A stretch of 64,000 bases of DNA from Octopus vulgaris (GCA_951406725.2 OX597815.1:204104001-204168000); one strand, 5' to 3'. Shown: positions 13,020 to 26,849, numbered from the stretch's first letter. Made by a program: numbers and translations. Notes: generated from the letters alone by a model not told the origin.

Positions 13020-13762
13020 GTTTAAACAAAATTGAACACACATACGCAAGGTATGTATGTTGTCAGTTCGTGGGTCGGCAGCGAATTTTAAGCGTAAAAG
13101 AACATACTCTCTATACATCTGGTGTGAAAATACCTGAAAGTAAGTCATAGTCAAGCCAGACAACTCAAATAGGTCCCTTTTTCGAGCGACAGACTTCGAT
13201 GTCTCGTCATTGTTTTCACTTATCAATGTCGCATACCGAACAAGGCCCACTGCAACCCATATCGCCGACTCTGACTAAATGCTAAATGGTTTAAACACCA
13301 TCTCCTGGCATGTTCCAACGTTTCATGCCACGGAAAATATGAATTAGAAGCAAGACGAGTTATATAAACATAATCGAACTCATACATACAAGGTATGTGT
13401 GTTGTTTGTTTGTTGGTCGACTGCGGTTTTTTGGCGTAAGAGAATGCATTCTCTATGCGTCTGGTATAAAGAAACTCTGTAGACATAGTCGGCGATATGG
13501 CTTGCAGCAGGGCTTGTTCGGCATGCGGCATTGATAAGTCAAAATAATGACGAAACATCGATGTTTGTCGCTCCGAGAAGGGATGAATATGAGTTGTTTC
13601 ACTTGACTATGAATTACTTTCAGTCGCAATTACACCAGTCGCATAAAGAATATATTCTTTTTCGCATAAAAACCGCAGCCGACCCACGGACTAACTACAC
13701 ACATACCTTGTGAATGTGGGTTTGATTTTGTTTTTATGCCGCGAGCTTCTAATTCATATTTG
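13020..13762. mobile_element. Old fold-back/MITE-like element with an extra internal direct copy of its terminus
   Basis: 13040-13275 is a diverged reverse complement of ~13487-13720; 13335-13470 repeats the outer arm in direct orientation. Confidence 0.7.
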
Positions 13763-13842
13763 CGCAGACACACATACACACACACATACATGCATACATA
13801 CATACATACATACATACATACATACATACATACATACATACA

Positions 13843-13915
<73 letters not shown>

Positions 13916-14177
13916 AATGAAAACATCTTATGATAGCATGAAATTGTAACATTACCGCTAACTTCTTAGTCATGATGTCATGATCAGCAGAAGCAAAACC
14001 GGTCGACTATGTAAATATTTTATTTCATAAAATATTAATATATATATTTTGTCCAACACAGAATTTCGATGCATTTTGCTTCTTTTTATACACTTCACAA
14101 CAATTCACCACGTAGGAAAATATCTATCCATATTTTCACTATATTCATGTCTACGTATGTATGTATGTATTTATGTA

Positions 14178-14269
<92 letters not shown>

Positions 14270-14504
14270 AAGAAAGAAAGATGGAGATGGATATATATAT
14301 ATATAGAGAGAGAGATAGATTCCAAATAGGGAATGATCGCAGAAACCTCCAATAAGAAGCAATCAATGTTACAACTGAGCAAGAGGACTTTTGGTCTTTA
14401 TTCACCTCTGACGGCATGGCTAGATGTGAAGACTCTTGTCTTCCCAGTTGTAGTGAATAATAATAACATATACCCGTTCAGTAAAAAATAACATACAACA
14501 AGCG

Positions 14505-14565
<61 letters not shown>

Positions 14566-15872
14566 TGTGTGTGTGTGCGTGTGCTTGTTGGAAGGCACGA
14601 CACATTACCAAAAGATTTGATCTCAATAAAGAGTTCCACACCCCTTTGCCATACTCCATGCAGTTTAAGAGCACCTGGCGGGTTTGAGAGAACCTGGAGT
14701 CGTTATACAACACGCTTGCCTCTGCCTGTATATGTATACAGTTGTGCGATGGTATATGCACGTGTGTATGCCTGAGCACGTACGAGTATATGGGACTACG
14801 CCCAAGATTGTCAATATGTATATATATAGGTGCGTGCTTGTGTATTTGTGCGGGAATGTGTATATATGTGTATACGTGTGTGTGGCTGCATGTGTGTGTA
14901 TGCAAGGCTACACATGTGTGTTTCTATACATATAGGCGAGTGTTTGTGTCCCCGAATGCATATGTCTGTTGTACAGTGTCTTTGAGTGCGTGTACCTGCA
15001 TGTGTGTCTGCGAATAAAACTGATTTACAGACTCGTTTACAAATGCACTGGCTGAGGGCTATATCTACCACACCGGAAAGAGTTTGATCTGAATACCATA
15101 AAAATGTCAAGAAGAGCAAATATATTATCTTGCTTTCACAATTTGATACATATCATTAACTGTTATTGTTGTTCTGTTTACTACTGCATCGACCCCTATT
15201 TCTCCTCATTTCTCCCAGTTTATATAGATGATGTTTGTGTAGGTGTGTGTGTGTTCATGTGACTTGGATGTGTGTGAGCGTGGGCGTGTCCTCGACTGTT
15301 TTCCACCTCCTCATGTATGGTTACTCTCTTAGCATTTTCCTATTATCTTACACTCTGTCCACTTCTATTCTATTAACATATTCACTTACCCACGATATGC
15401 ATGACTGGAATACATAAGGGCATGCAAGAAACATTGTATTGCATTTTTTGCTGACAATATTTAGGGAGAGTTCCAACCACATTGCGCAACAGGTCAATCC
15501 GTTTGGAGAAAACCGCATGAACATTTTCTGCGCTTTTTATGTACGTTCCCCACCACCACCAAAAACACACATGCACGTATGCGCAGATGCACACATACAT
15601 ACACGCACACATACACACACAAGCATACATACACACACATTCATACACACATGTATATACGTACGTATTCGCGTGTTTGTACGTTCGTCCCAAATGGTAC
15701 TTGCTTATGTTTTCATCTGCAAAACCTGGTGATGTGACGAAAAGTGTAGCAGCCTTTTGATAAATATAAAACAATAAAATCTAACGATGAAATAAATACG
15801 GTTGTAAAATCTACTGAATGTAACATCCCGTCATAGCCATATTCCAATGAGCAAAAAATCTATACTTACGCA

Positions 15873-17325
15873 CCAGGTTGATTCAAAAGATTTTTTAGTA
15901 TTTCAGGCTTTCATTAATAGTTCAGACGAATTACAATACGTAGGAGAAGCGTTTATTCACCAAAATATATCCCATTAATTCTTATTTCTTTACTGCCCAC
16001 AAGGGGCTACACACAGAGGGGACAGACAAGGACAGGCAAACGGATTAAGTCATTTATATCGACCCAGTGCGTTACTGGTACTTAATTTATCGACCCCGAA
16101 AGGATGAAAGGCAAAGTCGACCTCGACGGAATTTGAACTCAGAACGTAACTGCAGACGAAATACGGCTACGCATTTCGCCCGGCGTACTAACGTTTCTGC
16201 CAGCTCGCCGCCTTAAATATATCCCATTAATTCTATATCCCATTAATTCTATATCCCATTAATTCTATTGCCCATTGCCATCGTTATGCCTCAAGCTCAA
16301 TTCCATGCTTTTGGTTGGTTTAGAGGCAAAATATTTCCCGCATCCATTTTCAGCCTCATCCATATTGTTGGATCTCCACCCGTACAGGAAATGAGCCTTG
16401 GCTCAAAACGGGTAGTAATCCAATGGAGCAAGATCTGGACTATAGGCAGAGTGAGCACTCCAAGCCCTTCAGGTCCTTCATGTTTGCACTTGCTCATGCT
16501 GTAGATGTACGCGTCTCCCATTGACCAGTGTAGGGTAGCAGGCTTTCAAAGTATCATATAGTGACTGCAGTTGTTGAATACAAAGGTTAGCTTTCAAAGC
16601 ATGTCCACCTGGGACAAATTCAAAGTGGGACATCCATTCGAAATTCTACCAAACACGCAACATTACCTCCTGTTCAAACCGCCCATGTTTGACAACAGGC
16701 TCTGAATCCTAATTTTTCCAATTAAGATTGCGAAAATCGGTCCAATCTTCATCCCCAGTTAGAATCTCATGCCAAAAACGGAAATCTCGAAGATTTTCCA
16801 GCAATTGTTTGCAAATTTTCATATGTCGTTGAGCCTGGTCATTGGTCATTTCATGAGAAGCTTCTCGACAGCGTCTGTTCCCAAGGCCAACGTTATGGAT
16901 GTGTTGATAGATGGTGCTTTGTGAAGTATCAAATCCTGCCGATCATGTACGAGTTCAAACAATTCAAGCTAGGTCTCATATTCCACAACAGAAGGTCTCC
17001 TTGACCTTGTTTTGTGTTCGAGGCTGGCTTTACGTCCCCTGAAACATCTTCTTTGAACCAGTTTTCTTCCGCACGTTTGTGGAAGTTATTGAATCTTCCA
17101 CATCATTAATTTCTTCCACGGGTTGCGAAAATAATTCTAAATGCAATTTTTTCGCCACTCATTATCAAGACTGTAAAATAAAGAATACACAATAATTAGA
17201 TCTTACATGTGAAAATAAATAATAATTAATTCAGCAACGGTTGGACAAGTTAATGATATAACATAGAGACACAAATTACCAAAAATCATCAATAAAAGTC
17301 CGAAAACACTTTAGATTCGACCTGA
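15873..17325 (-). mobile_element. Decayed mariner element interrupted by a SINE
   Basis: Minus-strand GDEDW (~16740-16755) and YSPDLAPLDYY (~16412-16445) motifs; imperfect TIRs CAGGTTGATTCAAAAG / CTTTAGATTCGACCTG. Confidence 0.75.
15983..16212 (-). mobile_element. SINE family B (GGCGGCGAGCTGGCAGAA head) with 20-bp TSD
   Basis: B box GAGTTCAAATTCC, central GCCTTTCATCCTTTCGGGGTCGATAAA; TSD AAATATATCCCATTAATTCT at 15963-15982 and 16215-16234. Confidence 0.9.
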
Positions 17326-17530
17326 TTAAACTAAAATAAAATTAACAAGAATCCCCAAAGTAATGGCGTTAATGCTAAAATATATATAAAACAAAACTGT
17401 CACTGAACATTTCTAGTGATCACATGATGGTTGTTACCATGGTAATACTTTAGCAATCATTATATGAGATAAAACATACGCCTTAGTAACGATTTACCTC
17501 CAAGGTGGAACATAACATATGTTTTTGTAT

Positions 17531-17575
<45 letters not shown>

Positions 17576-17577
17576 AC

Positions 17578-17614
<37 letters not shown>

Positions 17615-18226
17615 TTCATATATACATATATTTTATATTTACATACATATACATAGGGATATATAAATATATAAATATAGATATATACTTGCATATGTGT
17701 ATGTGCCTATGTATGTATGTATGTATGTATGTATGTATGCGTGTCTGAGTGTGTCTATGTATGAAAGTATGTATATTTTATCAGGACATAGACTTTTATG
17801 TTAAATAGAAACGCCCTGATGAACAAGCTAGCAATTCTTAAGAAACTTAAAAATAAAACGCGTAATTGAAATACAAATCACAAATTATCCTGTATTTCCT
17901 TTTTTTAATAAACAAATTAATTGGAACCAAATATCAGCTGAAATGATTCATCGCAAATACTTTGCGTTTCGAACACTTCGTGGATACAAAACAAATCTAC
18001 AAAGATGGAAAACATCCTACACTTCGCGTGTCTCATTTTCTGAGTAACTTAAGTATTTTCGGTACAACAAAATCAAATATAATTTCTTGTCTTTCACAAC
18101 TGTTGGGTTTTTTAAAATGTTTTACACCTTTGAATTTATGGCATGAGGGCTTAAATTCCCTGTCATGATATCGATTATAGGTTAGTTAGAGTGAGAAAGA
18201 AACACAATATTTATGTATTGTCTGTC

Positions 18227-18292
18227 TCGGCTGTCCCCAACCTTTTTGCACTACAGACAGGTTTCATACGAGACAATATTTCCATGAACAGG
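18227..18292. mobile_element. hAT-Charlie-type terminal fragment
   Basis: CGGCTGTCCCCAACCTTTTTGCAC...GGTTTCATACGAGACAATATTTCCATGAAC resembles Charlie/MER1-type termini (from memory). Confidence 0.45.
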
Positions 18293-18409
18293 GAAATCAC
18301 GCTCACGACAAAAAGCAATAAAATGTATAATATATATTTTGAATATTACATATGTGCCCCAGCATGGCCACAGCTCAAGAGCTGAAACTGGAACACATAA
18401 ACATAAACA

Positions 18410-18632
18410 ACATAATGGTATCAAATTTTGGAACAAGGCCAGTAATCTCGGGGAAAGGGTAAGTCGATTACATAGACTCCAATGCTAATTAATCTAGTAC
18501 TTAATTTATCGACCCCGAAATGATGAAAGGCAAATTCGACCTCGGTGGAATTTGGATTCAGGACATAAAGCCAGACGAAATACTGCTAGGCAATTTTCCC
18601 CCGTGTACTAACAATTCTGCCAGTGTGCCACC
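18410..18632 (-). mobile_element. Older SINE-B-related copy with an alternative tail
   Basis: TTTATCGACCCCGAAATGATGAAAGGCAAATTCGACCTCGG core; the 3' part differs from the young B copies. Confidence 0.75.
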
Positions 18633-18639
18633 TTGATTA

Positions 18640-19037
18640 TCTTTATATATAACAGAGAGGTTGTGTGCTGTTTGTCTCCTACGATTTAGATTCCTAACTA
18701 CTCCCACATTTTGCGGTGCAGTGTAACCAAAAGCGGGTATCTTATAGTCGTGATTCATATCGAGCCCTTCTGGGTATTAGCGCGCGTCTACGATGAGTCT
18801 ATGATTAAAAAAAAATTACCATGATTTTTCCGCATTTTTAATGCATTTTCGCTCGGTTTATATAAGGGAAGTAACTCTCTAAAAAATGTATTATTAAATC
18901 TCAGAACGTAAAAAGCTACAGTAACACCCCCCTTTGTGGTTAGCCATATTGAGATGGCTATTATACTTTACATCTCTAAAAATGCTTATATAGTTATTTC
19001 CCTTAAAAACCCGAGCAACGCCGGGCGATACTGCTAG
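18640..19037 (+). mobile_element. Complete non-autonomous Helitron (398 bp)
   Basis: A|TC at the 5' end, subterminal hairpin CCCGAGCAACGCCGGG, CTAG|T at the 3' end; canonical AT target without TSD. Confidence 0.88.
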
Positions 19038-19355
19038 TTATGTATATAATTCAAACATAATACAAATATGATGCAAAATCACCCTGAAAACTGCGTAAGT
19101 CAATGACATTGATATTGAATTTTCAAATTTATTCTTTCTGTGTGGACAGGTGTTTGGTATCCTGTACGATATCATAATTATCAATTGTCCAGTAATTCCG
19201 CATAAAGAAACAGATGATACATCTAATGACATAAATATATAAATAAGGTGAACGAAATAGCTAAAATAAGTCAATGATATGGGTATAAACAATTGAATTA
19301 AGTGTGGTGTACCGAATAGAGTATACACACATTCCTTAATTAATAATTTTAGTAT

Positions 19356-19748
19356 TACTCTTTTACTCTTTTACTTGTTTCAGTCATTTGACTGCGGCCA
19401 TGCTGGAGCACCGCCTTTAATCGAGCAACTCAACCCCAGGACTTATTCATTGTAAGCCCAGTACTTATTCTATCGGTCTCTTTTGCCGAACCGCTAAGTA
19501 ACGGGGACATAAACACACCAGCATCGGTTGTCAAGCAATGCTAGGGGGACAAGCACAAACATACACGCACACACACACACACATATATACATATATACGA
19601 CGGGCTTCTTTCAGTTTCCATCTACCAAATCCACTCACAAGGCTTTGGTCGGCCCGAGGCTATAGTAGAAGACACTTGCCCAAGGTGTCACGCAGTGGGA
19701 CTGAACCCGGAACCATGTGGTTGGTTAGCAAGCTACTTACCACACAGC
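19356..19748 (-). mobile_element. SINE family A
   Basis: Near-identical to the copy at 7661-8070, missing a few 5' bases. Confidence 0.92.
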
Positions 19749-20160
19749 TTACCACTGTGCTGAATGAGAGTATGAATGAGAGAAATAATAATGATTTCTG
19801 ATTTAAGCCAGAACTTCTCTAGGAAAGGAATTAAGCGACTAAATCGAGCCCAATACTTGATTAGTGTTTTAGTTTGTCAACCCCGGTGGAATGAAAGACA
19901 AAGTAGACCTTGGCAGTATTTCAAATCTGAACCTAATGAGAAAGAACAAATTCTGCAATGCATTTGTTTCTGACTCTCTAATGATACTACCAATTCAATT
20001 TGTATTAGTCAGTGAAAAAATAGCAAATCCTATCGGCAATCGTTAGCAACAAAGAAAAGAGGTTACAATTACAAGAGTTTAAGAATATATCTCTCAAAGT
20101 TATTTCACATACTCCTGTTCGATTTATCTGTCTAGTTCTATTGAATACGTGCACACACAC

Positions 20161-20502
<342 letters not shown>

Positions 20503-20604
20503 ATAATGAGGGTGAATAAAATTATAGATATTAATTCAATAATACCCTTATTTTAACACCAAGCGACCTAGAACAAAAAACCGGGGGTACAAATTCATAT
20601 ATAT

Positions 20605-21001
20605 CCGTAAATATTAGAGAGCCAACTTTGAATATGTTAACTCTAGTGCTAGAAATAGACCCGACCGGTAAAAGTCGCCGACGATAATTCCATATAGAAA
20701 TTTGTAACTACAACCCGAATGTAATTCATCGGACCATATGAGAATCGTCGCTTGTAAGGGTCTGATCAATTATATTGGCAAATGTTGCTGACGAATCATA
20801 GACAATTATTTAAGTATAATCTGCATTTTGTTAATGAAGAAACAATTGTACAACATTAATCCATTATTTAGTTGTAATTTAATTTCATAGCGTTGACTGT
20901 GGTGCTATTTCTATGTGGAATTATCGTCGGCGACCTTTACCGGTCGGGTCTATTTCTAGCACTAGAGTTAACATATTCAAAGTTGGCTCTCTAATATTTA
21001 C

Positions 21002-21002
<1 letters not shown>
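20605..21002. repeat. Near-perfect inverted repeat (~96-bp arms, ~207-bp spacer)
   Basis: CGTAAATATTAGAGAGCC...ATAGAAAT (20605-20700) vs ATTTCTAT...GGCTCTCTAATATTTACG (20908-21002); about 2 mismatches. Confidence 0.9.
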
Positions 21003-21046
<44 letters not shown>

Positions 21047-21293
21047 CATAAATATATATACATACATACATAAATCCAAACATACACACATACATATACA
21101 TATATATATATATAGTCTAAATAAAATAGTGTACAATTAAACACAAGAGAAAACTACCTTTAACAGGTAAATTTTGCACGCTAGAAGAAACAGTCATGCT
21201 AGGCCACTGGTGGTGAAATTTCTAAAAATATTCGCCACCCTATATAATTTTATGTATATTTTATATATATATATATATATACACACGTATTAC

Positions 21294-21345
21294 ACGCCGT
21301 ACAAATCGTTTCACGTAAATGACAAGTACGTTCATTAGGCGCCGT
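21294..21345 (-). ncRNA. Degenerate minimal hammerhead ribozyme downstream of the PLE ORF (pLTR region)
   Basis: Minus strand: CGC-CTAATGA-ACGTA-cttgtcatt-TACGT-GAAAC-gattt-GTA-CGGCG. Confidence 0.55.
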
Positions 21346-21939
21346 TTATTCTATGAAACCAAGGAGTTTAAACAGAGTACGATTCTAAGGCAAAGCATAT
21401 TTAATGGAAATTTCCACCACCACAGATGAGCTAAGAAATTGAACAGATACAAAGCATTCAGATGAAATTAAATCGAAAATAAACATAAAAAAATATAGTA
21501 AAACGATAAAGTTATGAATTATAAAATTATAAAAATTTAAATTAAATTATAAACGTGTCAGTATATAAAAAATATGAAAATATATATAGATCTACAGATA
21601 ATCCAAAGGCTATACAAATATATAGATCTATAGATAATCTAAAGACTTTACAATCATATACAAATACATAAGCTATATACAATACATAAACTATACAAGT
21701 ACATAAAAATAGAAATAAGTATACATAGATTGCATAAAATTGTAAGTGGGAAAGCTTTACGATATCTGTTATAAAGGTCTATAATTATAATATATAAAAA
21801 TTACAAAAGGAATATTCAAGGATGGAAAAAATATATATTGTAAATATAAATATGAGATATAAATCAATAAAATGAAAGAAGAAGCTATATCTATATTCCT
21901 AGGCGTTATAAAGAAAGGTATAAAAAATGGCCAATCAAT

Positions 21940-22798
21940 CGGGAACTGGTGGAATCTTCCAATTTTTTAAGATATTTTTAAACATCCACTAAAAATCTCT
22001 GACCTCGAGTTCAATACCGAGTTCGGCATCTCGGATCTAAATAAAATCTGCGCCTTCTCGGCCAAGCAAAGTATACATTTATTAGGTTCATTCATGCATG
22101 ATTTGATCACATATGGTACATTTTTCTCTTTCGTGGCCGGAATGTGGCTCGCCAACTTTGTGGTTTTGCTTTTCTCACTGTGGCGGAATGATGCCACGTA
22201 GTTGTATGTTCTTTTATCGGTTGTTTCACTGGTATTAAGGTTTGCCAAGACCTCTGCTCCGTATGTATTGGACTTCGTCATACACTGCTGCTCCAGCGGA
22301 CAGGATTCCGCGTTGCGACAATTGCAACCTAGTTCAGTTCCCTGTTGGTGCTTGCGGGTGATAATACTTTATTTTTATGTTCGGGCAGCAGCTATATGAT
22401 AATTTAACGGAATTTCTAAACATTTTCTTGTATCTATGAATTTCAGGTAAATGTTTATCTAGAGGTGGGGAGCCAGAAATTTTCTACCAATATTCGTCTT
22501 TACATTCAGGGAAAAAGGAGGGGCAAACCAAATAATTTTTCTTCATCTGCTTATAGGATTTTTATTAGAATGTGATACTTTGTGATTAATTTCCCTATGT
22601 CCTTTATTAATACTTTTATTACAAGAATGTTTATATAACGCAGGAGTGGCTGTGTGGTAAGTAGCTTGCTAACCAACCACATGGTTCCGGGTTCAGTCCC
22701 ACTGCGTGACATCTTGGGCAAGTGTCTTCTATTATAGCCTCGGGCCGACCAAAGCCTTGTGAGTGGATTTGGTAGACGGAAACTGAAAGAAGCCTGTC

Positions 22799-22866
<68 letters not shown>

Positions 22867-23345
22867 TTGTGTGTATGTTTGTGTGTCTGTGTTTGTCCCC
22901 CTAGCATTGCTTGACAACCGATGCTGGTGTCTTTATGTCCCCGTCACTTAGCGGTTCGGCAAAAGATACCGATAGAATAAGTACTGGGCTTATAAAAGAA
23001 TAAGTCTCGAGGTCGATTTGCTCGACTAAAGGTGGTGCTCCAGCATAGCCGCAGTCAAATGACTGAAACAAGTAAAAGAGTAAAAAAGTATAACAATTCT
23101 TCCTTAAACCCACTATTAGCTGAAGCTCTGTTATAATATGGGGCAGCACCTTCAAAAATTTCCCTAGGGGACGAGAGATTAGATACCCTTTTGCTAGTGT
23201 TTGCTATCAGATGTTTAATTATAACAGTAGAGTTGTAGGGTTGTCTATGTATATATGTTAGTTTTTCATTGAGTTTATGGTAAAGCTTATATATGGAGGT
23301 ATTTAGATTTAATGAAACCTCTAAATACTCGCCTGCTGAAAAATT
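21940..23345 (-). mobile_element. Penelope-like retroelement fragment (RT C-terminus, linker and GIY-YIG-type endonuclease region); pseudogene
   Basis: YLEVSLNLNTSIYKLYHK...KRVSNLSS.REIFEGAAPYYNRA..NSGF; an RKIIWF..F.LNVKTNIGRKF-like stretch; CNCRNAESCPLEQQC...SFRH..KCILCLAEK..LNSRSEIFSGC; interrupted by a SINE. Confidence 0.8.
22639..23087 (+). mobile_element. SINE family A inserted in the PLE
   Basis: Full-length copy; short TATAA duplication on both sides; PLE reading resumes across it. Confidence 0.92.
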
Positions 23346-23457
23346 CGTGACTGCTGTGATTTTGTATATATACATACACACGCAATCATGTGAATGCACA
23401 GATATACGTACACAAAAGATGCGAAATGAGAGTTGGGATCGAGGGAGTAATCTGATA

Positions 23458-23853
23458 TACTCTTTACTCTTTTACTTGTTTCAGTCATTTGACTGTGGCC
23501 ATGCTGGAGCACTACCTTTAGTCGAGCAAATCGACCACAGGACTTATTCTTTGTAAGCCTAGTACTTATTCTATTAGTCTCTTAGGCCGAACCGCTAAGT
23601 TACGGGGACCCAAATATACCAGCATCAGTTGTCAAGTGATGTTGGGGGGACAAACACAGACACACAAACATATACACACACATACATATATATACATATA
23701 TACGACGGGCTTCTTTTAGTTTCCGTCTACTAAATATACTCACAAGGCTTTGGTTGGCCCGAGGCTATAGTAGAAGACACTTGCCCAAGGTAACACGCAG
23801 TGGGACTGAACCCGGGGCCATGTGGTTGGTAAGCAAGCTACTTACCACACAGC
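23458..23853 (-). mobile_element. SINE family A
   Basis: Match to the family consensus, moderately diverged. Confidence 0.9.
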
Positions 23854-23855
23854 TA

Positions 23856-24120
<265 letters not shown>

Positions 24121-24539
24121 GCCGCTAAGAGGCGTACAGTGTTACCGGAAAAGGCATCATAAACGCGAACACGCTCAAACACATTATCAACTATCAACCG
24201 AATATAACAACATTTTCGACATTTACCGTAATTTTATTCAGTTTGGCAGTGTTGACAACGAAAGCTAATGGGGCAGAACCGAATGGACATGAAAGACTAA
24301 AAAGGAACAGAAAATATGAGATAGGCAAAAATGTAGCAAAGAAACGAATAAGCAAGGACAGAAACACAGACATATGTAAGCAAAAATGTCTTACAACAAG
24401 GTGCAATAAGGAAATATGTATATGTGTGGTAGCGCTGATAGGAAAGAGATGATCCTTTCAGAGGATTAAAAGGATAGAGACATAGTTAGGGAAAAAGATA
24501 CATGGAAAGCGCAATAGAAGATACATGATTAATACGCAG

Positions 24540-24603
<64 letters not shown>

Positions 24604-24612
24604 TAGATAGAC

Positions 24613-24651
<39 letters not shown>

Positions 24652-24683
24652 GAGACAGATAGATAGGTAGATAGATAGATAGA

Positions 24684-24860
24684 TATGTTTCTTTATTAGC
24701 CACACAGGGCTGCACACAGACAGGACAAATTACAAGGTAGAACTTTTCTTTTGGGGGTAAAAAAAGGGGGTTTGGTTTTCGATCAAAAGGGATCGTAAAG
24801 GGAAAGAAAGAGGACAAAAAAAGGGGGAATAACATTTGAAAAAAAAGGTGGGGGAGGGAA
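24684..24860 (-). mobile_element. Probable 3'-terminal fragment of a Tx1/L1-like LINE inside a (GATA)n tract
   Basis: Shares the ACGATCCCT.TTGATCG hairpin with the LINE 3' UTR at 1494-1510; ends ...CCCTGTGTGGCTAATAAAGAAAC; (GATA)n on both sides. Confidence 0.55.
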
Positions 24861-24870
24861 ACAGACACAC

Positions 24871-24934
<64 letters not shown>

Positions 24935-25177
24935 GAAGAGAGAGAGAGAGAAAGTGGGTGTTTGTGTGCGTGCAGATTTACCCGTTATTTCTTACAGAGA
25001 GGCTGCTGTTTTGTAGATCATTTCCTATTTGTCAAACAAAAATCAGTTCTGAGAATTACGACTTGACAAGGAAGTGAGGCGATGAACGGAATTTAAAGAA
25101 TCAGGACAACCAGTTCACATTAATTTTTTTTATTCAGTAAATATATTCAGGTATATAATTTTCTGTAGATTTTTGGC

Positions 25178-25210
<33 letters not shown>

Positions 25211-25253
25211 CCGCGTGTGCGTGTATGTGTGTGTAAATGTACATTCATACATG

Positions 25254-25321
<68 letters not shown>

Positions 25322-25373
25322 AATATATATATTTATAACACACACACACACACACACACACACGTATATATAT

Positions 25374-25592
25374 GTGGCGAGCTGGCAGAAACGTTAGCGC
25401 GCCGGGCGAAATGCTTAGCGGTATTTCGTCTGTCGTTACGTTCTGAGTTCAAATTCCGCCGAGGACGACTTTGCCTTTCATCCTTTCGGGGTCGATAAAT
25501 AAAGTACCAGTTTCGCACTGGGTCGTTGTGATCGACTTAATCCCTTTGTTTGTCTCCTCTATGTTTATCCCCTTGTGGGTAGTAAAGAAATA
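25374..25592 (+). mobile_element. SINE family B
   Basis: Full match to the family consensus. Confidence 0.9.
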
Positions 25593-25607
25593 TATATATA
25601 TATTTAT

Positions 25608-25642
<35 letters not shown>

Positions 25643-26411
25643 AACATACATACATACATACATACATACATACATACATACATACATACATACATACATA
25701 CATACATACATACATACACACATCAGAGAGATGGCCAGATAGATGGTCGGGCAGATGTTACTGGATATCAAAAATAACTTCCAGTAACTACTTAGCTTAA
25801 GGTAGAGACTTACCCAAGAATTTTTAAACGTTTCAAAATTGTAAACAAATTTTTACATTTTTATGGATCGATGTATGTAGTGTTAATGGCATGGAAAATA
25901 AAGTTTTCAAATGGGTCGTGCTAAAACATTTCTATCAATTTTCTAATTCTTTGAGTAGGATAAAAGCTAAATATAGTGAACCTGTTGTATATTTAAGTCA
26001 CAGGAGAGATTTTAACTACATGTGTTAAACTAATGCACAGGATATGTGGATGTGTAATTTTTTGGTACTTCTCTCATTAACCGAGCTCGGAATGTTTTGT
26101 TTAATTCCTTCATACTAACTTGTTTTAGTGCAGGAGGAGAAGAACATATTGGATTAAAATACCAGTTAACAGTTACAAGGTCTGGTGAATGTTTTAGTCG
26201 TCAAACTATCCCGTAAATCATTAAATTTATCGTTTACAACTCGGCAGAGGTGTGTCTAGAGGGGAATAATGTAAAAACATCTTAGATTGTGAAGACTTGC
26301 ATACACACACGCGCGTGCACCTACACGAATGTATAGAGAGAGAAAATGAGAGAGAGAATGAGAACGACAGATGGACAGACAGACAGACAGACAGATAGAT
26401 AGGTAGATTGA

Positions 26412-26675
26412 TACATACATACATACATACATACATACACACATACATACATACATACATACATACGTACGTACGTACGTACGTACATAAATACATACAT
26501 ACATACATACATACATACGTACATACATACATACGTACATACATACATACGTACGTACATACATACATACATACATACATACACACATACATACATACAT
26601 ACATACATACATACATACATACATACAAACATACATACATACATACATACATACATACATACGTACATACATACA
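26412..26675. repeat. (CATA)n/(CGTA)n microsatellite
   Basis: Direct reading. Confidence 0.95.
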
Positions 26676-26849
26676 TGTAACGAAAAATTGAGAGAGAGAC
26701 AGAGAGAAAGAAAGAGATAGTAGTGTGAATGTAAAAATAAAAAAAAATATGGTATTATATTGAAATTCATGCAAACGGGTGTTTTGTACAGGCTGTAGAA
26801 ATGCTTTTGCACTTCAACAGCATCAAAACTGCCTTTTATGTTTATGCAT

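Noticed and set aside
17814-17865. CTGATGA...GAAAC hammerhead candidate
   Set aside because: Weak stem II and no cleavage triplet or stem I closure
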